Shown: one piece after another, positions 54,321-64,000 of the stretch
Layout of the letters: each line of letters opens with the position of its first letter
Position numbering within the stretch: the stretch's first letter is position 1
Virus record (IMG/VR): IMGVR_UViG_3300024346_000008
Span: 1-64,000 of that record
DNA from: a virus
Strand: one strand, 5' to 3'
Length of the DNA stretch: 64,000 nucleotides
Made by a program: the position numbers and the translations under genes
The notes under the pieces: model-generated
Told to the model about the DNA's origin: nothing
The model's input: the letters and a program-made list of their open reading frames with translations, nothing else
The model's database searches: none

Positions 54321-55724
54321 TTACGCCTTCACTAAAGTATAACGTTCCCGTGGAGTAAAATTCTCCAACGTGGTATTAATATGTTCTACAAATAACTCTC
54401 CCATCTTTTCTGCCGTCATCATACCCGGACCCATTGCATATTCACGGCCTGACATACCTCGACGTTTCCGTTCTTTGCGTGTCATGTTGTATAGTTCAAG
54501 AATTTGATTGCCCGCATCTTTCCAATCACAACGGTCATCAAAGATGTATGGAGTCAACGGACTTCCTTGCAATGCTCTTGACGTTGGGAATACAGGGAAC
54601 GCCCATTCACCATGATTACGGAATCGTCCGTCATGATTACTGCCCCACTCAAACGTGAAGTCTTTTTCTGGGTCGAGGTATTCACCGTCATCATTCGTAA
54701 ACCCACACTGGTCTTGCAACCCACCTGTAACGTTCACAACGATAGGCGTTCCTGCCAACATACTTTCACATGTACCCAATCCAAATCCTTCGTTACTTGC
54801 AAGGTTAATTGTTACGTCTGCAATGTTATACAATGCGTTCAAAACACTTGCATCAACTTGCTGATTACTGAAAATTGCCTTAACATTTGGTACCACATCA
54901 CGGATGACTACAGGTAAATCTGTTCCGTTTTCATCTACTGGTGCGGTATGCATTACGATACGGCAGCGGTCTGCCTTTTCCTTTGGAAGTTGTGACAAGA
55001 AATGGTCATAAGCAAGTAATACATCTGAAGTCATCTTACGACGAAGATTGCGTGCGTTGTAGAACACCACGAAATCGACTTCTTGATTGTTCATAATCCC
55101 TTCTTTAACCGACTTCAGTAACGTCTGTCCTTCGGTATTATCGGCTGTAATAGGATAGAACTTCTTCACATGATCGATGCCGTGCGGGAGATACGTAATC
55201 GTTTTATCACGTGCGTCGGTGCCCAACACTTGCTTCACAATGTTATACGTTTGCTTACTAATACAAAACAATCCGTCATCAGACTTATAGAAATTCTTAT
55301 TGTACTTGGGGTACGGCAAATCATCCCAAATAGTATAGAACAACATAGGAATCTTCTGACGAATTTCATGTTCAATCTGGTACAACCAAATCCAATATCG
55401 AGGATCTGTGAAGTGGAGAATGGCATCGGGCTTTTCCATTTCCAATAATTGCCGAACGACCATACTATTACCATATCCGTTCTGTGGGTAGATACGGACT
55501 GATGGGTCAGTAACGCCCGTAACATTTGCTACGTCGGTACTAATGTCAATTTGCTTTCCTGCTTCTGGGTGGTTCACTGCGGCACCCACTTGAATCCAAT
55601 TAAAAATGCCACAGGTTTGTTCTACAATTTCTCTGGACATGACGCCAATGCCCGAATGTACTCGGATGTCATCGGACATTAACATAATTTTCTTACGTTG
55701 TTCTTTTGGTAACCATTGTTTCAT
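54321..55724 (-). CDS. GT-B (family 4) glycosyltransferase
   Basis: PHGID, RN.RRK, NEGFGL...ES. Confidence 0.9.
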   Translation of the reverse strand: MKQWLPKEQRKKIMLMSDDIRVHSGIGVMSREIVEQTCGIFNWIQVGAAVNHPEAGKQIDISTDVANVTGVTDPSVRIYPQNGYGNSMVVRQLLEMEKPDAILHFTDPRYWIWLYQIEHEIRQKIPMLFYTIWDDLPYPKYNKNFYKSDDGLFCISKQTYNIVKQVLGTDARDKTITYLPHGIDHVKKFYPITADNTEGQTLLKSVKEGIMNNQEVDFVVFYNARNLRRKMTSDVLLAYDHFLSQLPKEKADRCRIVMHTAPVDENGTDLPVVIRDVVPNVKAIFSNQQVDASVLNALYNIADVTINLASNEGFGLGTCESMLAGTPIVVNVTGGLQDQCGFTNDDGEYLDPEKDFTFEWGSNHDGRFRNHGEWAFPVFPTSRALQGSPLTPYIFDDRCDWKDAGNQILELYNMTRKERKRRGMSGREYAMGPGMMTAEKMGELFVEHINTTLENFTPRERYTLVKA

Positions 55725-55738
55725 TTATAAATCCTCTT

Positions 55739-56041
55739 TTATGGTGCTGTTAAATTATACTGTGGAATGTTTGAATGTACATGCAGATAATTTTGACTAT
55801 CTGGAGCTTGTAGAGTTGGTTCATTTATTGTTTTAACGGTCTGAAGTAAATATTGTTGAACCCCTCTGGATACGCCATTAGAAATTGCATTTGCCAATCT
55901 GTTTGCAAATTGTCGCTGGGCCTCACATTGGTCAGTTGGTCCTTTGTAATCGAATCCACATCCGTAAAAATTTAATGCATTGAAAATTTCATTTTCTAAT
56001 TGTCCTACATTTAAAATATCACCTTTTAAAATAGTTGACAT
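55739..56041 (-). CDS. hypothetical protein
   Basis: ORF with GGGA SD. Confidence 0.65.
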   Translation of the reverse strand: MSTILKGDILNVGQLENEIFNALNFYGCGFDYKGPTDQCEAQRQFANRLANAISNGVSRGVQQYLLQTVKTINEPTLQAPDSQNYLHVHSNIPQYNLTAP

Positions 56042-56052
56042 AATATTTCCCG

Positions 56053-56211
56053 TTAAACTGTTAAACTACCAGACATACTTGCAGAAATCATGCCCAGCCA
56101 ATAATTCTCTGTGAACGTGGAGGCTAACCATCCATGTTCTTTACAGAGTTTTCGGACATGTTCATTAATTTCTCTACGAATTTGTATGGTTGTATATTTT
56201 GATTTGTTCAT
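56053..56211 (-). CDS. 52-aa ribbon-helix-helix-like protein
   Basis: YTTIQI strand followed by two helices. Confidence 0.5.
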   Translation of the reverse strand: MNKSKYTTIQIRREINEHVRKLCKEHGWLASTFTENYWLGMISASMSGSLTV

Positions 56212-56273
56212 AATAATCTCGTTCTAGTGACTTCTATAGAATATATAGTATCCTACTTCACCAAACGTTCATT

Positions 56274-57302
56274 TTAAATGCCATCTGGAGTTTGTGACCA
56301 TGTAATTTTTAATCCACGATTATTTGAATCATACATACGTGCGCTAATATATCGGTTGAAGTCGTGATAATTAGCAAAGTTTCGAATCATACCATCATCA
56401 ATAACGGCAAATTTATTTACTTCACGTAAAATATCTACCTTATTAATAATCAAATCGGTTACTCCATTAATATGCATTGCCTTGATTACATTATCCAGAT
56501 TTGCCCAATTAACTTGACGGGGACGACCAGTAGTTGCGCCTACTTCCTGCCCAACCAATTGAATAGTCTTTAACACTTCATCGTCTTGGTTTGTAAAGTT
56601 TTTATTGTTCCCAACATACGTTTCATATGCCTTCATGACACCATATACTTTACGAATCTTATGCGGTGGAATGCCGTTCAAGCACACGGACCCAACTGTA
56701 CAGTGTGATGAGGTAACATACGGATATTCTCCCCAATCAATATCTAAATGAAATCCCTGTGCCCCTTCGCACAAAATATTATACTTGTCATCATGAACAA
56801 ACAAATAATCATAGATATCAATTACTTCAAACAAATGATGATATTGAGACATATCCATGTGACCGATAGGAATACCAATCCGATTATACTTATCACGATA
56901 CGCAGGACCAATACCTTGTCCAGTTGTTCCAATAATACTGTCTTGTGTATCCTCGTGGATATGTTGGTCTGTGACCACATGTGCTCGTTTATCAATCTTA
57001 ATCAAGCCTTTGGTATCAATACCAGCAGAGTTTAACGCACGAATTTCCTCAATTAATTTACTAACATTTACCACACACCCACGGCCAATAATGCTGGTAA
57101 TTCCATGAAGAACTCCAACAGGAACCTGATGTGTTACAATTACTTCACCGTTATGATATACGGTATGCCCTGCATTGCTGCCGCCATTATATCGCAATAC
57201 AATATCATAAAAACCAGATTTGGCAAGGTGATGGGCAATTTTCCCTTTTCCGGTATCGCCATACTGCAAATCTACGATAACATCTACACTTTGAATTCCC
57301 AT
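56274..57302 (-). CDS. purA: adenylosuccinate synthetase
   Basis: GDTGKGK, GGSNAGHT, EGAQG, YPYVTSS, TTGRPR, NKVD. Confidence 0.9.
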   Translation of the reverse strand: MGIQSVDVIVDLQYGDTGKGKIAHHLAKSGFYDIVLRYNGGSNAGHTVYHNGEVIVTHQVPVGVLHGITSIIGRGCVVNVSKLIEEIRALNSAGIDTKGLIKIDKRAHVVTDQHIHEDTQDSIIGTTGQGIGPAYRDKYNRIGIPIGHMDMSQYHHLFEVIDIYDYLFVHDDKYNILCEGAQGFHLDIDWGEYPYVTSSHCTVGSVCLNGIPPHKIRKVYGVMKAYETYVGNNKNFTNQDDEVLKTIQLVGQEVGATTGRPRQVNWANLDNVIKAMHINGVTDLIINKVDILREVNKFAVIDDGMIRNFANYHDFNRYISARMYDSNNRGLKITWSQTPDGI

Positions 57303-57303
57303 G

Positions 57304-57990
57304 TTATACCGCCAATAGTTCGTTAATATCCAAAATACGATACGTCATTCCCACTACTCTCTTATGCATATGACCGGAATATACATTCGGGGTTCCAATA
57401 GCATGCCAAATGTTTTCAATGATATCTTGATTGTGGTCATGCCAATCCAATCCTACACCGAATTGCAATTTTGCTCTAGGGTCAAAGTGTTCTTCAATAA
57501 CACTATGTGGAGGACAATGGGTAATAAACAAATCAATCTGTTTGTCCTTGGCATTATCCATCATACGCAATACTTCGTATGGACTGATATTTTCCTTTTC
57601 ATCCCAGTGCCATCCTTCCTGTAGTCGCATGTTCTTATCAATACTTCCCGCACCGCCCATGAAGGCAACTGTACGATTATCAATTTCCATGACCGTGCCA
57701 CGGGGAACATAATATAATGGAAGCTCTGGATATACCTGTGATACTTCCGTATATGTTGTCCAACGTGTACAGTCATCATGGTTACCATCAATAAAATACA
57801 CAGGACACTTTGACGAATATACTACATTTTTAAACTGCTCTTCACTGTTCATGCCAAATGAACGGAACAATCCAAAGTCACCAACTTGAATTAATGCCGC
57901 AGCACCAACCTCGTTAGCCTTATCAATGGCTCGTTGAAGAGTTCTATAATCGCCATGAATATCACCCAATAGTAAAATCATATCACCCAC
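57304..57990 (-). CDS. calcineurin-like metallophosphoesterase
   Basis: GDIHG, QVGDFG, DGNHD, THCPP, GHMH. Confidence 0.9.
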   Translation of the reverse strand: MGDMILLLGDIHGDYRTLQRAIDKANEVGAAALIQVGDFGLFRSFGMNSEEQFKNVVYSSKCPVYFIDGNHDDCTRWTTYTEVSQVYPELPLYYVPRGTVMEIDNRTVAFMGGAGSIDKNMRLQEGWHWDEKENISPYEVLRMMDNAKDKQIDLFITHCPPHSVIEEHFDPRAKLQFGVGLDWHDHNQDIIENIWHAIGTPNVYSGHMHKRVVGMTYRILDINELLAV

Positions 57991-58321
57991 CTAAAAATGT
58001 TGACGACACCCAAATACCTAAATAACTACCAATTACACTTCCCAGTGCATATCCTGCCCACTGGTGAATTGCATCCGTGCTTTGTGCAATTTTCCGAATA
58101 ACAAAGAAACTCATAGACGCAATAAGAAAATCACTAAGAGCAGCCGTGTGATAATGTGCGTCAGCAACTGCACGATAATTTACACAGAGAATACTATACG
58201 ATGTAATTTGAATAAAGAACAATGTAAAGAATTCTTTAATTTTAATACTCGTAATATTTGCGGGAGTCAACATATTAAATTCCTTTGTCCACGAATCATC
58301 ATGAATTGCCATAAAACTCAC
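57983..58321 (-). CDS. small multi-pass membrane protein
   Basis: three hydrophobic segments. Confidence 0.7.
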   Translation of the reverse strand: MSFMAIHDDSWTKEFNMLTPANITSIKIKEFFTLFFIQITSYSILCVNYRAVADAHYHTAALSDFLIASMSFFVIRKIAQSTDAIHQWAGYALGSVIGSYLGIWVSSTFLGG

Positions 58322-59572
58322 CCATCCTTGTCTAATCCCTGTTCGTAAAAATATTGCGTAACGGCATGGTCAAAGGTTTTTTCAGCAAATGTCATTCCTA
58401 CCATCAATGCTTTAAATGCGTCAAATACTTCGTGCCCGTCGCTGTCTACTGGAAGTTCAATGCTAAGTTTTCTATTATAACTACTTGCAGTAAGCGTTAG
58501 CTTATCATATTTGTATTGCTGCATGTTTTATACTTCCTCAGATATAGGCTTCAAGTTATTAATGAAGTCGTCGGCAACAATAACTTCTACATTGTTACTA
58601 CCGACTTCAACTCGGATTCCCACTGGAGTCTCACCAGAATCAACAATCTTTTGAAGAAAGTTTCCTAGCCCAACTGCCCGATAGAAATATCCACCACGAC
58701 CACCACCGGCATCATTTGCCCAAAATACATAATCTACACCAGTAGCTTCTGTAGTGTCTTCTGCTGTCATATCTTCCTCGCTTCCGTAAAATTCACTCAT
58801 ATGTTCTCCTATTAAGTATAAACTATTGTACTGTATTTGTCAAGAGTCTTATTTGTATTTCCTAAGATTCTAAGATGTAAGCGTTCCATTCACCTTCTAC
58901 ATATTCTTTATTATATGGGTGTTTGTAATCATGTTTACCGTAATACCATTCTGTATTTACATCCAGCTTAATATTTGCTTTTGCTAACGAGGCAGGAAAA
59001 TCACATCCTCCTTCATACCCACTAATCACAATCATTTTATCTTGGTCTAACTCTTGGAGTTTTGTAATCAGTTCGCTAACTTTCATGTGTATTCTCCTTT
59101 ATTTCACAAATGTAAAATCCTTCTTCGCCCAGCGACGGAGGAACAAAATGTCCTTCTCTAGTAAGAATTTCATTGCACTGTGGGCATGTTCTCTTACTCT
59201 CATGCCACCCGTCTTTTTTAGTATAGATTAATTTTTTCATTTAATATACGTGCTTCTCAGAAATGTCATTGCTGCCTCCAAATCTTTTTCGGAACAAATA
59301 TTATAAGGTTTACTCGCTGCTGAAATGTTTGTCTGAAGTAACGAATTGTTTGTTGAGTATAATTTACTGTGGATGTTCATCAATTCCCTTGCCATCATGT
59401 TGTATCCGTTGTTCAACTTATCTATTGCCGCAGATGTTTCTTCTTTATATACTTCAAAATTATTTTCCAGTATATCATAACTTTCTTGAAGATTATTCAA
59501 ATTAGTTTCAAGCGTTTCTATTACTTCTGTAAGATATTCTTCGTCTTCGTTAGTATGCATTGGTTTTTTCAT
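58318..59572 (-). CDS. small hypothetical ORFs (58318-58524, 58528-58800, 58862-59086, 59237-59572)
   Basis: GGAG SDs, same strand, phage-type small proteins. Confidence 0.65.
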
Positions 59573-60928
59573 TTTCGTGACGGTAAGTGTATGATTGTAT
59601 TGTTGTACATTGTTTGACAGGTATCACTCCACGATTCTCCGCTTTTAATAACTGATGCGAAGAACGCTACTGTTTTGCATAATTCTGTGCGCTCTTCTAC
59701 CAGTTCACGCAGTTGTCGTTCACCTGCTGCATCTAACCTTGTGCCTCGTGCGGCAGCAATTGTTTGTTCGGCGGACATTGCCTGCTCTTCGTAACGCCGT
59801 GCGTAAATGTCCGCGTTGCGTCGAGCATCATAGGCCGCATCCTTCCGCAGCGCATCGCGTTCGGCAACAACCTGTATGCGCTCATCATCAATCCTTTGCA
59901 GCTCTCTGACGGCGTCAGACCACAGCTTGTCTAGCGAGTCGCGCTGGGCGCGAACAGCTTCAAGCTCTTTCCGCATAGCTGCCCTGAATGCGTTGCCATC
60001 GCCGATATGTCGCGCTGCCTCTGCCAAGTCGAGCTTCGCACCATACAACTCCGCTTCCGCCGCCTCCAGCACCGCCGCCTGCGCGGGCGTGAGCAGCGTT
60101 TCGCGGGTGACGTGAAGAAGCCCGTCGCCAATCCACCTGTGCGTCCACCTTACTGCGGCCCGCTCTGTCGGGAATGCCGCTTGGACTTCATCCAGCGCAT
60201 CCCGCACCACCCACACCGCGCTCACGGCTGCACCTTTGATGCGCGTAGAGTCCGAACGGCGGCTTCTCGCGTTTTCTTTGCTGCGTGATATTTACGGAAT
60301 GCAGGTACGCTTTCTGGGTTGCCTATGCCGCAGTTGCTCCACGCCTCAAATGCTTCCGCTTCTTCAATACACGCGTCCAACAGAGCCAACGACTCAGGTG
60401 TTTCCGTTGCGGCGCGGATGAACAGAGGAACCACACGCTCCAGATCAGAGTGGCCCCACTTTTCGCGAAGCCTGAACTCAGCGTTGTCGCTCGTTGATAC
60501 ATCCACGATGCGGTTACTGGCAAGGTTCACTAAAGCCCACGCAACAGGCTTCGCAGCAATATCGGCACTCACAACCCCTCCGTGGTCGGCTGCACCGGCA
60601 GCGCGGCGTCTATCATTACGCGCACGGCATGGTTACCATCGACGTGATCGTCACACGCCACGCACCAGTGCGTATGCTCGGAGCCGTCGCGCTCTTTCCC
60701 ACCCAACTCAATGCGTGCGAACTCCAGCACTTCACGCATAGCCGCCACATCCTTCAGCAGCGCATCACGTTCGGCGCGAAGATTGAATATCTCACGGGCC
60801 ATCGCAAAGAAGTCAGGTGCGATAAACCCCTCGTCTTCTGTCATGCTCTGTCCATAAAATTCTTGCACTATCTTTTCTACTGTATACTTTTCGTTTTTCA
60901 TGAGCACCTCGCTCTGGTATCTTCCCAT
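59569..60928 (-). CDS. three coupled GC-rich hypothetical ORFs (59569-60225, 60222-60572, 60569-60928)
   Basis: 4-nt overlaps; Ala/Arg-rich coiled coils (AERDAL). Confidence 0.65.
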
Positions 60929-62538
60929 GTATCTTCAATATGCTGATATGTTTTACGCACTCTATTGACCGCATAGATATCATGATAACTGTTATTCAAC
61001 TCTTTTGCGGCTTCAACCAATGGAGTGATGCGTTCAATAAACTGAATGAGTGTATCTTCATCCTTATGAATTTGCTTGATAAGAGTTCGTTGTATATCAA
61101 GCATATGTTCTGCTTGAGCCAACTTACACTTGGTATCCGCAAGTTCTTCCTTCATCTTATGATATTCTTCCCACACACGGTCAATGTAATACTTGCTTGT
61201 TGGGTCTACATACCCTTGTGGGTTCATATATGGTTTACTTTCATTCATATTAAATTAGATTAGTGTTAAACCCACGATTGTTCAGTTCTTCAATTAATCT
61301 CTTACTGGAGCACCCTTGCAGTAAATCAGAAAACCGCCGAAAATATTCAGCATTCAATTCTTCGTCTGTGACATTTTGCAGAATATCTTTATACTCTACA
61401 TCTTCATATGGTGCATTCTTCAATTCCATGAGAGGAATGAAATCATCGTCTGTGAGTCTTACTTCATACTTGGTATTATTTCCAGAAAATGTTATCAACT
61501 CGGCAAGGTTTCTGTGAGTAATATCACGAAGATGCCACATATTATTTTTGTAAGTTACGCCTTTATATTCTTTCAATTTCGTTATCATAGTTCACCAAAC
61601 ACTTTATCTAATTGTTGATTGAGTTTATTATTTTCTTCTTCTTTCATGGCTCTGGGGGATTTATAGAATGGATTACCGGTCACAATCAATCCACTCACTT
61701 GAAATGTATATCCAAAGAACAATTTAATCAAGTCCCATTTGGAAAGAGTTAGTTCATCTGGATAAAATGCGGAGGTTCTATACTTCATAACCAGCACTCC
61801 TATTCTGTTCGTCACCCTTTGCCAATATCTTTTCAAGACTAGTATCAATTATACTAAACAATTCATCTGCCAGTTGTTTACACTTATCATGTTCTTCTTG
61901 TGTCAACAAACCTTCCTCTAACATACTATTAATCATTCTCTTGTTCACCATTTCATTATGGTATTTACTAGCTTCCGAAACAAAGACTACCCATTCTCTT
62001 GGCATCCCATAGTATGTGTGTCCGTATATTCCACCGCCGTGGGGATTTTGGATTTCACCTTTCATAGATATACAATTAACTGACTTACCCTGCGTCATAA
62101 ACAATTCTCCTTCGCTGTGTTTGTTCGTATACCATTTCTTCGTAGATTAACATATGCCCCTCGCATGTAGTAGTGACCCAATGATTAACTGATGCTCGTT
62201 CTAAACATATAGAACAATAAAGTTCGTTTTTTTCGTAATAATGTTTTAAGTATTCAAGTATACTAGTTGTCATACACAGCGTTTGTTGTTTCCTGTGAAC
62301 GTCGGTATTCCTTAATAGCGTCCTTCAATGCCACTACTGAATCTTTGTCATCGGTCCTACCGAAGTACCAGCCGTCTGCTGCCTCGGCCAGTAAACTCAA
62401 CGCGGTATTGTATGTACGTAGTTTAATAATTTCATCGGCCATTTTATGAATATCAACTGAGCCAACGTGTCCATTCCAATCACGGTCATGTCCTTGCAGC
62501 CAGAATTCTTGAAATATGTTTTCTTGGTCTTCGTTCAT
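60898..62538 (-). CDS. small hypothetical ORFs (60898-61248, 61250-61588, 61585-~61788, 61778-62104, 62085-62273, 62263-62538)
   Basis: contiguous same-strand ORFs. Confidence 0.6.
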
Positions 62539-62674
62539 AGATGCTTCTCCTTTTCTATTTTCATGATTATCTTACCTAACCATTCTTTTATTTCTGGACT
62601 GAGATTCCATTGGTCAGGTGGAGTATGATGAGCATATTCTAAACAGTATGCGTATGCCGTCGCTTCTTCTTCTG

Positions 62675-63307
62675 TCATAGTCCCATATCCTTGATGTAAT
62701 CCCAGCACACTATCGCCATTGCCGCACTCACATTAAAACTCCGAAGAACACCACGCTGGGGAATACTAATTCTTTCAAACTCATATTCTGGATATCCGTC
62801 ACTTGCTACTTGGTCAGTAATAAGTTTTGGAATACCGTGGCTTTCACTACCAAAGATAAACAAAGGTGACGGGCGTTCTTCATATGCCCAACCGAAATCG
62901 TTTTCACCGAGCATATACCCACCGTGTTCACACAAAATAACAGAATGTGTTTTATTCAATTCCCGAAGTTCGGCAAGAATGTGTTCGTCAGCGGTCATCG
63001 GGTCATCATAACTATATTGAACGATATTAATATAATTCTCAGCCCCAACCGTGGAACGAGCATCAAACTTTTTGCGTCCAAAGATATAAAAGTTTTCTGC
63101 CCCCAACAAACACGCCGACCGTAGAGCCATTCCTATGTTGAGACATCCGGTTACATTAATCATTCCTACCGAAAATGGAAGTCTATCTACCTTACAAATC
63201 TGCTGATTCTGTTCTAGTGTATTTTCTTTGTATTCATCCCTGACGTTAAACATCCTACTATTGGTATCGGCAATAATTTTCTTATAATTCACCATTGGGT
63301 TTTCCAT
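62675..63307 (-). CDS. SpoU/TrmH family RNA 2'-O-methyltransferase
   Basis: NIG..LRSA, IFGSE.HGI, IPQ.G..RSFNVSAA. Confidence 0.9.
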   Translation of the reverse strand: MENPMVNYKKIIADTNSRMFNVRDEYKENTLEQNQQICKVDRLPFSVGMINVTGCLNIGMALRSACLLGAENFYIFGRKKFDARSTVGAENYINIVQYSYDDPMTADEHILAELRELNKTHSVILCEHGGYMLGENDFGWAYEERPSPLFIFGSESHGIPKLITDQVASDGYPEYEFERISIPQRGVLRSFNVSAAMAIVCWDYIKDMGL

Positions 63308-63308
63308 A

Positions 63309-63629
63309 CTAATTCTCCGTTAATACTTTAAATTTATAATGCCCACCACGGTTACTTTGCTCCCAACAACACATCCAAAACAATCTGTTATCTTGAAGGG
63401 CATTAATAATACTTTCGTTACCAGACCATCCACCTGTAGAAATGTCGTATGTAATTTCATCACGCCCACGAAAATCTTTGGTATTATACTCCATCCATCC
63501 CCAATCCGCCGCCCACCAAATATCCTTTGCAAATTCCATTAAATGAACAAACTTATCCGTGTGCGGCCAAGTCGTAATTTTATCTAATGCGGCATCAGTC
63601 GGATAACCATCATCATCAAGATTTTCCAT
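63309..63629 (-). CDS. hypothetical phage protein
   Basis: STGGWSGNE.II.AL...RGGHY.F; GAGGA SD. Confidence 0.75.
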   Translation of the reverse strand: MENLDDDGYPTDAALDKITTWPHTDKFVHLMEFAKDIWWAADWGWMEYNTKDFRGRDEITYDISTGGWSGNESIINALQDNRLFWMCCWEQSNRGGHYKFKVLTEN

Positions 63630-64000
63630 TATTCCTCCTTGGCAGGTTCTCGTACTTCAATCACCTGCTTTACAGAAATTTTTCCATATCGCGGGGTAAT
63701 GTAGTAACTGTAGTTATCGTTATATGGGTCTTCCTCAAACTTAATACAAATATCAACAACTACTTGACCTTGATTATAAAACATAATCCACGGAGTATTC
63801 ATATTAATTAGTATTCTTTAGTAAAGGTTCCAGTATCCAACAAGTCATCCACACAATCTAAACAAAAGTTACTGCCGTTCCACCAATGCCAACAAAATGT
63901 AATAATATGTTTGGTATCTCTATTATAATGATGCCCGATAACGGCGGCGTTCGGTTTCTCACACAACGTGCAATGTCTAATCGGCAAATCTAATTGGTGA

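Noticed and set aside
56274-57302. PurZ (2-aminoadenine genome)
   Set aside because: Has GD.GKG (Asp, not Ser), the TTGRPR Arg and GTP-type NKVD, all PurA features
1-64000. Stop-codon reassignment
   Set aside because: Long genes are intact in code 11, TAA/TAG/TGA all end genes, and no suppressor tRNA was found

Overview
A 64-kb segment of a large lytic dsDNA phage genome (standard genetic code, no rRNA, no CRISPR array), in four blocks. (1) 1-16.5 kb, + strand: nuclease, lysin-like gene and a VWA/MoxR-AAA pair, then a cluster of about 20 tRNA genes. Three free-standing homing-type endonuclease genes sit in the cluster, two of them between a truncated tRNA remnant and an intact tRNA for the same amino acid. 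The spacers between tRNAs are filled with self-contained structured RNAs: a variant hammerhead ribozyme, a circularly permuted tRNA-like RNA, a duplicated covarying pseudoknot motif and several other pseudoknotted RNAs. (2) 16.6-31.0 kb, + strand, more GC-rich: an early/host-takeover module of about 45 small genes, driven by about 20 near-identical promoters (many leaderless, 8 with a TTCCCT-type -35) preceded by a fixed set of four repeated boxes; it also holds two large (330-420 nt) putative ncRNAs. (3) 31.0-32.0 kb: non-coding strand-switch region with a DnaA box, inverted boxes and a 21-bp-period iteron-like array. (4) 32-64 kb, - strand: thyX, a ~20-kb nucleotide-sugar/glycosyltransferase locus, purA, a TrmH-family methyltransferase and small hypothetical genes. 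RNA structures were paired by eye and protein calls come from recognised motifs; no database search was run.
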